A model generated the notes under the pieces. It was not told where the DNA came from, made no database searches, and saw nothing but the letters and a program-made list of their open reading frames with translations. The position numbers and the translations under genes were made by a program. Of a stretch of DNA of 64,000 nt, positions 49,918 through 62,199 are shown one piece after another (positions within the stretch are counted from its first letter, which is position 1; the number at the start of each line of letters is the position of its first letter). The DNA lies in the NCBI RefSeq assembly GCF_025526975.1, contig NW_026515674.1, forward strand, positions 124,001-188,000, in the 5' to 3' direction. The DNA comes from Fimicolochytrium jonesii. Lineage: Eukaryota.

Positions 49918-51028
49918 TCATTCAGTCCCCGTCTGCGAAATCTGGCACTTCTTCCGACTTACGTATTTAGCCGAATTCCCAATAGCAACCTTCGGCAACC
50001 CCTTATTCAGCCCCTCCAGCAACACACACGCCTTACACAGCTTCTGACTACTCATATACCCACACCGCTCACACGTGCCTACCACCACCTTCCCGTTCAC
50101 CGCCACATTCACCTTCACCTCGACCTTCGACTCCCAAGCCTCGCCCGAATGAATGATATCCATAATCGCACTGGGCCGGATCGCTTCGAGATCTTTAAGG
50201 AAGGCCCGCGCGTACCCACGGTAAGCGTTGGGGGAGTAGATACATTCGGTGGAGAAGTAGTCGAGCTTCTTGAAATAGGCGTACATGACAATCTCCTTCT
50301 CGTACGTGTATTTGAAAGGCTTTGACCGGGGGATGCTCGCGTCCGTCGCCGTTTTGATAGCCGTGCAGCGCTGCAACCGCGAGAAATCGCCGCGGAAGAT
50401 GTTCATCAGCACCGTTTCGGCGATATCGTCCGCATTATGTCCCGTAACGATATGGTCCACCTCCAGCATCGCCGCGCCGCGATCGAGCGCCTGGCGACGG
50501 AACACGCCGCAGAATGTGCAGTTGTTTTTCATCCCGATCTCTTTGACGATGGCGTCCATGCTCCACCCATAGAGTTCTTCGTAGGAGACGATTTTGAGGG
50601 GGATTTTGTACTGCTGTTCGTTGCGTTTGACGGTTTCGAGCGAGTCGTCGCGGTAGCCGGTAATGCCTTCGTCGACGGAGAGGAGGCAGAGATCCAGGCC
50701 GTAGGAGTAGCGGTCGTTCAGGGTTGTCATTACGTGGGCGAGCACCGTTGAGTCTATTCAGTCACAGGAAGATAGTTAGCACACAGTGAACTTCCGACCT
50801 CCCCACACAACTGTAACTCTTTCAAGGCACTGAATGACACGCACCTTTCCCGCCAGACGCAGCGACAGCGACCTTATCACCCTTCTTGAACAGCTTGTTC
50901 TCCATGATAGTGTTGTGCACCTCAGTCTCAAAGACGAGGTAGAAGCAGCCTCGGCAAATTTGCTGGGCCGTCTTAGGTCGTTTGAGGACCGCCCGTTCCT
51001 TCCCGCATAGCACGCATAGCTTGACCAT
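49918..51028 (-). CDS. NCS6: Cytoplasmic tRNA 2-thiolation protein 1 (Ncs6/Ctu1)
   Basis: Exons 51028-50845 and 50753 onward. N-terminal CxxC..CxxC, PP-loop SGGKDS across the intron, [38 protein letters not shown]-terminal CERC..CKAC. A probable further intron 49962-49879 extends the CDS to 49342. Confidence 0.95.
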
Positions 51029-51860
51029 TCTGGCGGGGCTCCGCTATTCGGCACTCCAGTAGGACGTCTTGCGGATATTGGTGAAGGCAGGTTTGTCGGG
51101 TGCTTGCTGGTCCAAAGTTGGTCTGTGTTGTTTTTTCCAGACAGCTTTTGACGTTGGAAAAAAATGGTCAAATCGGCTGTGTTGGAAAATGTGCCAAAAC
51201 CGATTAATTGTTGACTGTAATTGTGGACTTTAGCGATGAGCAGGAACAATTTGATTAGGCGCAGGGTCCACATGCCAATCAGACTGGCCAGTTGCGAATG
51301 GCTCCAGGTTAAGAATAGAATCGAACTCTCCTGTCTCCCATCCATGTCGGCAGGCTCCGTCGCGCGCTGCTCCCGCAAAGCACACTGTCATTAAAAACGG
51401 AGCTGCTAGTGTGCAAGAATGATTAGAGTGCGCCTTATGGCGGCTAATCAAACGCGCTCTTTGGGTGAGCATCCTTCTAAACCTAGACTATATAGACTGC
51501 CCATAATCCCTGGCGTGGCTTCCGCGAGCTTTTCACACTTTCTCGCTCTTCTCGCCCTCTCGCTCGGCTCCGACATTCCGCTTGACCTAAAGCGCAATTA
51601 AGCTCAACCCCGCCGTAAGGAAACTCCTATCGCAAGCAGGCTTGCACCACGGGTTTCCCTGGAGTCGGTCCAAAACGCATATCCGCACCCTCGGCTGGCA
51701 CGAGGCTCTGTCGTCAGCGCTTTACGAGCTTCTCGGACCCAAAAAAGTCGACTACCGGCCCAGAAGACACACTCGCCTCCTCTAAAAAAAAAAGCTCCCC
51801 GCAGTTAACCTTCTCCTGTTCTGTGCCTGTTTACGTCAACAGTCCGAGTACCGCAGTAGT

Positions 51861-54800
51861 ATGATTGTCCACACTATTCAGCCCCATGGGCCAGCACCGG
51901 ATGCGGATGTGGCGTCTTCACAACTTCAACAACAGAGGCAACAGCAGCAACAACAGAGAACCCAGCTACAGAACCATCATCAACAACAGCAGAGTGCCAA
52001 TACACAGCCTCCATCGCAATCCCAGAATCATCAGCAACCCACCCCTCAGCATCAATCCGAAAAGGGCCCACAGACCCCTCAACCCAGCTCTCAGCAACTT
52101 CAGCAGAATCTATCAGAAACGTCTGCACCCAAAGTGCAAACGCAGCCGTCAAGCCAAGCTGAACAATCATCGTCTATAACGACGAACGGAAACATTTCGA
52201 ACGGTACATCCAACGGTAGGATCGCAGGATTTGCGTGAATCCGCACATCTGATGTCCTCGCATCATTGCTGAAATCATACGTTTGGAACCGTCTTTCTAC
52301 CATCGTAGGAGTTACTACAACCCCTGTCATAATGCCAGGGCAATCGCAGCTTCTTCGTGGCGTCGCCTCTTCGGGAGGACCCCCCCGCAACGGGGGCAAC
52401 CGCACGGGCAATGCCACTACCCTCGGCGCCCAGCCTACTTATATTAATTTGTAAGTTGAGTTGCATTCGTTCACATCACGGTAGAATGCATGGCCCGCCG
52501 AGTAACATGTCTGGCTCTCCGTCGCACCATCTGCATCACAGATTGATGGCCGGAATTCATGAGTTTCTCCATCGCTTCAATCTGGTGGTCGACGGAAATT
52601 ACGCTGTACCCCCTATGGATCCCAATTTCGTGTTTCCCCTTCTGGCCCCCGACGAACAGGGGGACCCAGACGCTGAGCCGTATCTACTCACCTGGTGAGT
52701 TACAACCCCCATTCGATCCCCGACTCGATCACGATTCTGATGATAGTCCCCCATGTTAGGTGGCAACTGCATTGTGATTCGATGGTGAACACCAACCCGC
52801 AGTTGGCGGAGGCGGCCAACTTTCTACCTTCGCAGGAGATCGCTATATACTTGCAGGTATGGCTTTGTCTTGCGCTTTATACATGTTTATCGTCTAAAGT
52901 TTTCTGTTTCATACTTTTAGGGTCAGCGGGAGATGCGAGACCCTGTCGTCGGCAACCAGAACTCGTTGCAGAGGAAAGCGATGGCTGCTAGCAGGCAAGC
53001 TAACCTGATTAGTCCTAGCAAATCTGGTAAGTTGACTCCTCCACTTCGCATAACATACAGTGGATAATGTGCTTCTGCTTATTCATCTTTTCCCGCTTTA
53101 TTCGTTGTTCATCACAACAGAGTTCGGCAATCCCCACCCAGCGATGGGTCCTTCCCCGGACCATCGTCGGCCGCCAGGCTTGCCTGCCCACATTCAAGGA
53201 CGACCGGTGGTCCCGGGGTCGTCTCAAGCGCCGAACCAACCCACCACGTACCAGGGCCCTCAGCCAGTCCACTCCGGTGGCAACGGTCTGCAGGGTGGCC
53301 AACAACCCCTAATTCAGCCATCCCCACGCAACATGCCGCAAGCCTCTCCTGCCGCTCAGATGATAATGCAACCCGGCTCTGGCGTTCCGCAACCTGGTCC
53401 TAGCCCATACATGGGACCTGGTCAAGGCGGGCGTATGATGCAGTTACAGAATCCATCCCAAGTTCAGATGGAGGAAGCTGCGAGAAAGAACTTTTTCAAT
53501 TCTATCTTCACGCAGTTGTTCCCTGGTCGCGATCCTAACTCGCTGACTGAGGCTGAGCATTCATCGCTTCAATTGAGGGGAAATGCTATGTAAGTTGACT
53601 TTGATCTTCACATCATCGTTCAGCACTTAACCCCGGACACCCTGTCATTGCGCACCGGCCTAACCACCCACATCGTCCTTTTCTCTAGGTGGGCCGACCC
53701 CGTTCAAAAAAACCAATGGATGGAGGAACTGCGTTCTCGCTTCCAGAATAGCGCACAGCTACGTCAACAGCAACTTCAAATTCAGCAGCAGCAACAACTG
53801 CAATTACAACAAGCCCAAGCTGCCCAAGCTGCCCATGCTCAAGCTCAGATGTACGGTGGCCAGAGACCGATCAGGCAGCCGTCGGGCCAGTTCCAGATGA
53901 TACCCGTTTCAGGTCCTCCGTTGAATGGTGGTGGACAGGTACGTGTTTCGTCAACGCTCTCTTGTTTTCACTTCGATCTACCTCGTTGCTCACATCCTTC
54001 TTTGCCTCACCATTCCAGGACCAAGACCCAGGCAACAGCCAGAATCAAGACCAGCAATCCGGACCAGCCAACAAACGAGCGCGTAGACGTGGCACCACCG
54101 GCCACAGTCCCAGCAACCCGGCGACCTCTGGCGCGGGGTCCGAGCCGCAGGGGCAACAGCTTGTCCAGCAAAGTCCACAAGTCCCGTTAGGGCAACCTGG
54201 GAACAAGATGCCGCAACAGAGTCCTGTGGTTCCCACTGGTATGTTTGTGTAGTGAGCTTCGGTTTGAGGTGGCTGGGAAGGGTTTAGATTGCGCAGGCAC
54301 TAACATCCCGGTGTTTTTTCTTTTGCTTAGGCCCCATGGGAGGTCGGCCCTATAACCCTCAGCAGCAGGCCACGCAAGCGCAACAAGCGCATGTTGCACA
54401 GCAGCAGGCTGTTTATGCTGCAATGCAAAGGGGAGAGCTGACTCCCGAGGTTCGTGTTCAGCTATTCATCTTCTTCACCCTTCTTGAGCCTTCAACTCAC
54501 CCTTGACGTATCTACTACAGCAATTCCAAATGCAACTTCAGCAGTCCAATTTGATCCAGAGACGACTGTCGGGACTACACCCAAATGCCCAGTCGCCACA
54601 GTTGGATCCCAGAATGCAGCCGATACCAGGATTCGGGCCGCATCCTGAGGCCATTATGGCTCAAATGCATGCAGGCAAAATATCCCAGCAAGCGGCGTCG
54701 GAGGCACTGCGGTACTATCACCAAGGCACCGGCAGGTCCGGTGCCTTACTCGCGCAGTACTCTCCGCAAGTCCCGCAAGGGCAATTACCGCACGCGGGCA

Positions 54801-56032
54801 TGAAGCGGAAACTGGGTAGCGATATGGAGCAACAACAGACGCCGATGGCTGGTCCTTCGGGACAGATGCATCCCGCGTTTCTAGAAATGCATCGACAGCA
54901 GCAGGCACAAGCTCAGGCGCAGGCCGCGGCACAGGCCCAGGCGCAGCAAGCACACGCCCAGTCGCAAGGGGAGCTCCAGCAACAACAGCATTCGAGCGGG
55001 AATCAACCGGGGTACATGAACCCCACTGAACAACAACATTTCTTATCCACGCTGAATGGAGGAATGTCCCATGTAATGCAGCAAGGCGGGCCGATGGATC
55101 AACGACTGGCCGCCATGAGCCACAAGGCTCAGATGAACCGGGCTCTTCAACAGCAACAACAGCAGCAGATGCTGGAAGCTGCGCAACAACAGGCTCAACA
55201 ACAGGCACACGCCCACGCCCACGCCCAAGCCTCCGCGGCCGCGGCCGCTGCGGCAGCCGGTTCCTCACCGACTAGCATCCAGGGCCGGCCCGGGTCCGCT
55301 CAATCCCACCAAGGCGCGCAAACTCCCCAACAGCAGCCAGGTGGAAAGACCTCTGCGCCGTCGGCCCAGCAGTCGTTACAAGCTGCCACGCCGCAAGGCA
55401 ACAACGCGAATGCGGCTGCTAAACGGGGGAACTTCAAGGTACCCGCAGCGAAAGTCCCGTCGAACCAGAAGAAGGCTGCTGCGGCACAACAGGCTGCTCA
55501 ACAACAGCAGCAGCAACAGCAGGCGGTGAACGATGCTGCTGCTTCGTCTGCGACACCTACAACAAAGCCCCAGACGAGTGGGGCTGGAGCCCAAGCGTCG
55601 GCAATGGCTCGGCCCGCTACACCTTCCGAAACGCCCATCGCTGAAATAATTACGCCGGGCATCGCTGCGCAACAACAGCAGCAGCAGGTGTCGTTGCCGT
55701 CGTCCCTTGCGGACCTCGCGTCGGTCACGCAATTCTCACTACCGACGTCACTTGATGACCTGTCAAACCTCGCTGCCGTGACCGGAATGACAATCAACAC
55801 AACCACGTCCACCAACAACTCCCAGCCGCCCTCCGCGGGAATCGACTTTGGTCTTGAGAGTGATCTATTTATCACTGACCTCGACCTTACGTCGATGAAC
55901 GATTTCGGGGAAGAGTGGCTGCAGGACATGTTAAATGGAGGCAGTGGGGGTGCGGGGGCTGGGGGTGTTGTGGGTGGGAGTGAGCTGGATTTGGGACAGG
56001 GGGAGACGGGGGGTGCGGAGGGTGGGATTTGA
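51861..56032 (+). CDS. Gln-rich putative transcriptional regulator with a divergent LisH/LUFS-like domain (SSDP/Flo8/SomA family)
   Basis: Multi-exon poly-Q protein. The spliced segment YINLLMAGIHEFLHRFNL...EPYLLTWWQLHCDSM...AEAANF resembles the LUFS consensus (L..YIYEYL...GFL..WW.VFWD...EAKAF). Acidic-hydrophobic C-terminus. Confidence 0.6.
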
Positions 56033-56501
56033 GGGGAGGAGGGGATTTGAGGTTTTTTTTGGTAGTGGCTTTTTTGAAAGTGCTAATGAATACATGGATG
56101 GACCGCCGCTGTCTGTCGCGGAATGTTAAAGCTGAGCATTTGTATTGGGATTTTTCGGGAATTTTGCAGGCTGTGTGCGTACTGTTTGGGAACCCGCTGT
56201 GGTCCAAGAGACTCCGCTCATGACGTGCACGCGCTGGGTACTCCTGGTACTCTCGCCAATTTCCAGCCTCTTCACCTAAACTTCCACCCCGCATCTTCCC
56301 AGCAACCCGAGTCCTGAAACCATCAATATCGTGCATCCCCACCCTTGCCTCGAAATTATCTTCAACGACCGTAGTTCTACAGCGGGTCCGACAAATATCG
56401 TTCGCACTGATTCTCTCACGGTCACCTCGTAGATCATCTTCGAAGCCCCGTCTCAGTTTCCCACCGTCCACAACCGCCAGCCCCGTACTCCGTTTTCCCA
56501 T

Positions 56502-57392
56502 ATGAACCGCTCTACATCTATAGCCTCAGCCCTCGCAACCGCCATCTCCGACCCTATCCCCTTCTTCTCATTCTCGTCAACACCCGACTCCGATCGGAAA
56601 TCCCAAAATGCAACACCTACAGGGTTGGTGGAGGTCAGCAGCGCCGCTACGGGGCGCGAGAGGGAGGTGGAGTTGGAGAAGTTGGAGAGGGTGCCGAAGG
56701 TGCGGTGTCTGGGTTTATGAGAGGGTTGTGGGGCGATGGAAGTTGGGAATGGGAAGAACTGATCATTATGCACACAGCGCAGTTTCAGCCCCTCCTACCT
56801 TCCTCGTTATCGCCTCAGGGATTCAGCTGGGGCGGGCTGTTTACGTCGAATGCCGGGGTGAGGGGTGATGAGTTGCCATGTACGTGGGTGTCCCATTGCG
56901 ATATGCAAACAGCGGATGCTTCACCTACCGTCTGTCCTATAACGCAGTCGCGCTGAACCCGGAACCAACGATCCAACTGTGGACGAAATGCCGCACGCAC
57001 ATCCGCAGTTGCACTGAGGACGTCGTGAAAGACCAGAAACACCTGTCGGCGAAGATGACGGATATGGAGGAGTATTGTACGAAATTGGCAAACACGGTCG
57101 CGAATCGGTGTTATGATGCGAAAGTGCATGGGGAAAAATTGGCGGCGTGTGAGTCCTCGCTATTGATTTCTGAGTCGGGCTAGGTTGGTATGCTAATGTG
57201 TCTCCCTGGTCATTAGTACTGCCGATTCAGAAACAGGCAGAACGGACAGCCACGACCCTAGACGACTTGCTGATCTCGTTAGAGAAGCTCGAACCACTAC
57301 TACCGCCGAAGGAGCAGATGAGTGACCCGGAGATGGAGAAGCGGTATCCGGCGTTGAGTAAACTGCTGGCGAATCGGAGGATGGAGGGATGA
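56502..57392 (+). CDS. BORCS5: BLOC-one-related complex subunit 5 (BORCS5/LOH12CR1)-like
   Basis: Four exons. LEKLERVPKFQPLL, HIRSCTEDVVKDQKHL..KMTDME and LEKLEPLLPPKEQM fit the BORCS5 pattern as I recall it. Confidence 0.7.
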
Positions 57393-57569
57393 ATGGGGTG
57401 GATGGCAGGTTTTGGATTCTGGAGAGGTGAGGTGGAGCGAAAAGTACATACATAGAAGCTGTGACGCCCGTGCATTTTGGCAATTAGATAAAGGGTGGGA
57501 AGACTGATTGTGCAAAAGAAGTCTACGGTGATGAATCGGGAGGGGTAAGAGTCGATGAGCATACGCCAA

Positions 57570-59104
57570 CTACAGGAGGTGGCCATCCCGTCCCACCACC
57601 ACCGCAAACCCCTCCCTCAGTGCCTCTTCAATAATCTCCAAATCCTTCATCGTCGTCCTCCAATTCGCGAACGCAGCCCGGATCGCAAACCGCCCCTGCC
57701 ACCGCGTACCCGTCATAAACACGTTGCCCCTCGCATTTACCACCTTCAGCACGTGCGCCGCAAGGGCATCATACTCCGCGTCGCTCAGCTGCCTACCGCC
57801 AAACGACGGACGGAACAGCACTGTGTTTAACTTCACAGGATGGAGTAACTCAAACTCTTTACTCGTCTCCACCCAGTGGCCCAAGTTCTCTGCGATCTGA
57901 CACGTCCGGGCCACAATGTCGCGGAACCCAGATCTCCCATACGCATTCAACGCCATCCAAAGCGGCAACGCCCGGAATCGTCTCGAATTGTCAATCGACA
58001 AGTCGATCGGCGCGAAACTCTCCGATTTGCCGAGGTACGCTGCTGCCGCGGTGAATGTCTTCAGATGAATGTCCGGAAGCCGCGTAAACACCACGCCGCA
58101 GTCGTATGGCGTGTTGAACCATTTGTGCAGGTCGCCCGTGACGCTGTTGGCGACTTCAATGCCTGCTAGGTGGTGGGAGTGGGTGGGCGATGCGCGCGCG
58201 AGGAGGTTGGCGGCCGCGTCGAGGTGCAGCCAGGCGTTGTGGCGTTTACATGCTTCCGCGATCTCGGGAAGGCGGTCGCATTGGGAGGTGTTGACTTCCC
58301 CGCCTTGTGTGATGACGATGCATCCCGCGACGGTTGGGTCGTTTGAGAGGGTCGTCAGCTGCACATCGAGGTCGGCGGCGTCCATCATCGCGGGGGAATC
58401 CGGGTGCGCTGCGACGAGGTGTATCTGCCGGCCCATGCCGAGAGTCGACATGGCTTTGGAGATGGATTGGTGGGCGAGGGTGCCGAGGACGCAGATGTGT
58501 TTGCCGTTGAGGGCCTGGAGGCCGTCTTGCGCGATGTCGATGTTGTGGAGGGCTCCGATGTGTTGGCGGGCGCAGGCGAGGGCGACGGTGTTGGAGGACG
58601 TGCCGCCGCCGGTGAGAACGCCGTCAAAGTCCATTGGTAGATCAAAAAGTTGTTTGAGGAGCTGTTTGCGTTCCAAGGAATCAATTACACAGGTTCCTGT
58701 ATCCCAAGGGATGATAGATGACAGAAACACACCTGCATAACAACCGCCTCAACATCGGCCGCCGCGCTCCCCGCCGTCTCGCTCGCCGTCATCACATTCT
58801 GATCAAACGTCGTCGCCAGTACATCGCCCACAAACGCAGCCGGCGTCACACCTCCCGTGATAAACCCCAAGTACCGCGGTCCTCGCGACGTGCTCAAGTG
58901 CGGCGCTATGGTCGATTTGAAGAGCTCCAGCGCCTGCTCGACGCCGCATCCGTGCTGTGATAAGGTGGATTCGAAGCATGAGGGCGAGGGCAGGCTTCTG
59001 GGGACTACGGGGTCGCTGCGGCTGTCTTTGTCGAGCTGGAGGACGTATTGGGAGAGGGTGGGCCAAATGGTGGCGAGGTCGGTGTCGCGGTCGGGGTCAT
59101 ACAT
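57570..59104 (-). CDS. Group II PLP-dependent amino-acid decarboxylase
   Basis: Exons 59104-58733 and 58661-57570. GPRYLGFITGGVTPAA..DQNV, GGTSSN, HQSISKA, WLHLDAA, PLP-lysine motif SVTGDLHKWFNTPYDCG, NSRRFRALPLW, AIRAAFANWRT. Confidence 0.9.
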
Positions 59105-59672
59105 CGTGGCACTACTATCGGGTGAAGGACGACGAGAGGCTGCGGTAAGGTTTGTTTGCCAAGGCGGGACTCCGTGAGACTCCTCTCTTTATATACAGGG
59201 CTCGTCGGCTACATATGCGTGCGCCCCAACAGCTGTGTATTCTCGGCGTTCTCCGTATTGTCTCCGTATGGGCGTTAGGAGCGCGAGAACCGTGAATTCT
59301 CATTCAGGCGTCTTGACGCGTGTTCCGGTTTGTCAGAACGTCCTCTTCCCCACCGAAAAGTTGCAACACAGTCATTGCGGTTGCGCAACGTTAGGAGGAT
59401 AGGTTACCTTTCACAGAGTGTAGCTATCGTCCGGCGTGCCTTGGTTGAGAACGAACGTTACGCTTGTTAGTTCAATTGCATTTGTCAGAACTCTTGTCCG
59501 ACTGCACTTGTCGTCCAGCAACCACAAAAATCGGCAACGGATTCCGCTTTCCAGATCAGCAACAACCCTTCAACTGCATAAACACACATACGTTCCCGAT
59601 ATAGGACTGGTCGTTGAGCAGCTAGCCTCACTCCGAAACTGAACAAATAACCGCACGACGAATATCAGTGCA

Positions 59673-60800
59673 ATGTCAAGCGACTTCGCACAAACAGACC
59701 CCGTAGTAGTATTCAAACGAGGCAAGCGGCGGCCACCGCCACAGCAAAAACGGAAGCTAGGCTCGGACAGCGACGATTCCGACGGCGACGATGGGTCAGG
59801 CGTGGTCGCCGACGCCGCCTCAGTAGCAAAGAAATTGCGGAGCGGAAAAGCAGGATTCACCTCCTCGAGCGGGGGTGTCTCGGCACTTAAGCGACGGAAG
59901 GAGGCCGAGGCGGCGGCAGCAGAGAAAGCCGACGACGGAACCTCGAAACTGGACGTCTCATACGCAACCAGCGGAACAGCCGCCAACCTCGCTATCGACT
60001 CTGCAACACGGACGCTAGACGTCGACGCCCCCACATCACAGAGCAAAGCACCACCACCCGATATACTCTCAGGCGAAGCCGCCGAGTCAGCCGATAACCT
60101 CTACCGCGGACTCTCCGGCTACAAAGAGTACGTCAACAAGCGCACCGACTCAGTAACACAATCCAACGCCTCCCGCATCCGCGCCGGCCCACTAAAAGCC
60201 GCCGCCAACGTACGTCTTAGCACGCGGTTCGACTACCAGCCCGATATCTGCAAAGATTACAAAGAAACGGGCTACTGCGGCTACGGCGACTCGTGTAAAT
60301 TCATGCACGACCGCGGAGACTATAAGAGCGGGTGGCAGCTGGATAAGGAATGGGATGAGAAGCAGAAAGGGCGGGAGGTGGATGTGAATCGGTTTTTGAT
60401 CAATGAGGGCGAGGAGGAGGAGGAGGTGGAGAGCGAGGATGAATTGCCGTTTGCGTGTGTTATTTGTAGGGAGGAGTTTAAGGAGCCGGTCGTCACCAAG
60501 TAAGTTTCCACTCAATGTCCCATGCATACTGTCGTCCGTTGCACTATCCTCACATGTTTCTCTCCTCGCATTTACAGATGCGACCATTACTTTTGCGAAT
60601 CCTGCGCCCTGAAACACCACGCCAAATCTATCAAATGCTTCATTTGCGGACAACCCACGCAGGGACTCTTCAAACCCGCCGCGCACCTTCAGGCGAAAAT
60701 CAAGGAGAAGAAGAAGCGCGCAGAGGAGAGGGAGAAGGAGATAAGGGAGGGGAATAGGGAGTTTGAGGTGGACGATGAGGGTGAGGGCGAGGATGCGTGA
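59673..60800 (+). CDS. CWC24: Pre-mRNA splicing factor Cwc24/RNF113 (CCCH zinc finger + RING)
   Basis: DYQPDICKDYKETGYCGYGDSCKFMHDRGDYKSGWQL and LPFACVICR..PVVT.CDHYFCESCAL..CFIC. One intron at ~60500-60578. Confidence 0.95.
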
Positions 60801-61525
60801 TTTCACTGTGGGGGGATTTTGCGTCTGGGATGGGATACGTCTACGTATGTACACCTGGTTTACGGGATCCTCAGCTAGCTTCCAATAGAGATAACGTGCT
60901 ACCCTCCCCCATAGTAGAAGCTTCCGTAGATCTGGGAACAGCTGTCTTCCCCCGTGCCACAGGAGGCCTCTTCATCCCACGATGAACTGTACATATCTGT
61001 AAATTATGCGTAGGCATCAAAGATGAAAGATTCCACATGAACCTCACTATGGAAATGATGATGATTTCAACAAACGACGAACCGATGAACCATACCGCTC
61101 GATGAAGATTGCAGTTTACCTCTCCAAACTATTGCTGAAGTCATCAGCGGCCGTGAGATTCGGTCCGGCAAGACACAGACGTGGGTCTGCTCCGCACCTC
61201 CCTTCCGTATTGCATACCTCGGTATGCGGACATGTCTGTGCGTGCAAGCCTCTCCCCATGTTATGCGAAATATACCGTCCTCCTGCAAAGACCATCTGAA
61301 CCTTCACTGCAAAATTCGGCGTGACAGCCGGCTGCGATGCAAGTAACCAATGCCCCATGAGTGGCGGGGCTATTGGCCTACCAGCAGCGACCGGCAATCC
61401 CTATCGGCACACCTCCCAACCGCCCACAAGAATAATCGCCCAACATCCTTAGCGTTTTCATACTACCTTCTTCAAAATCGGCGCAGTTTGTTTCTGGATT
61501 TCTAATTTCCGTGAGGTTTTATCCA

Positions 61526-61609
61526 CCGGCCATAGCTCAGCTGGAAGAGCATCAGACTGTAACGCAACTAGCAATCTGGGTGTCCCCAGTTCGATCCTGG
61601 GTGGCCGGA
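61526..61609 (+). tRNA. tRNA-Tyr (GUA) with an 11-nt intron
   Basis: Acceptor stem ccggcca/tggccgg plus discriminator A, with the C1:G72 pair typical of eukaryotic Tyr. D-arm gctc..gagc, anticodon GTA at 61559-61561, intron 61563-61573 at the canonical 37/38 site, T-loop ttcgatc, TTTT downstream. Confidence 0.95.
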
Positions 61610-62199
61610 CGTTGTTTTGGTGTCGAGGACTTCCCTTCATTTTCACTTCTTTTGTGTGAAACCTGCAGGTTTTTTTTTGGTGTTTGTGGTCTTTGAGAGC
61701 CGCTCGCGACGCGTTCGCTCCTGAGGACGGGAAACGTAAAAATGTCGAGTTAGGGCGGATCGTCTCCTGGTTGTCGGGTTTTCTCGGTGGAAAAGTCGAA
61801 TTGCGCTTTAGCCAAAGTGCAGGGTGCGTCTCCCTGTTTGAATGAGGCAAGCTATGTCCATACCATTTGGTATGGATTCAAGAAGGGGGATTGGGCTGCC
61901 ATCCTTCTCCCGAATGTCACCAATAAGCACGAACCACTGGAAACTCGGTATCCAGAACTCTGAAAAAAATGCTATATATATACGTAACGCAAGCTATGAC
62001 AAACGCTCAAAGCTAACATCAAGACCGGTAAAGAAAAGCTCTATGGGGCGCTGTGAGGTGGATCAACGAGGGGTGAAAAGCAGCAAGATATGTGTATGTA
62101 GTGGAAGAAGGAGGGTGCTATGTGAAACTGCAGAAACGGGTGGATGATGGAAGAGGCTTCTAGACCGAAACCTTGAAGGGAAATGTGGGAGTCGTGAAT

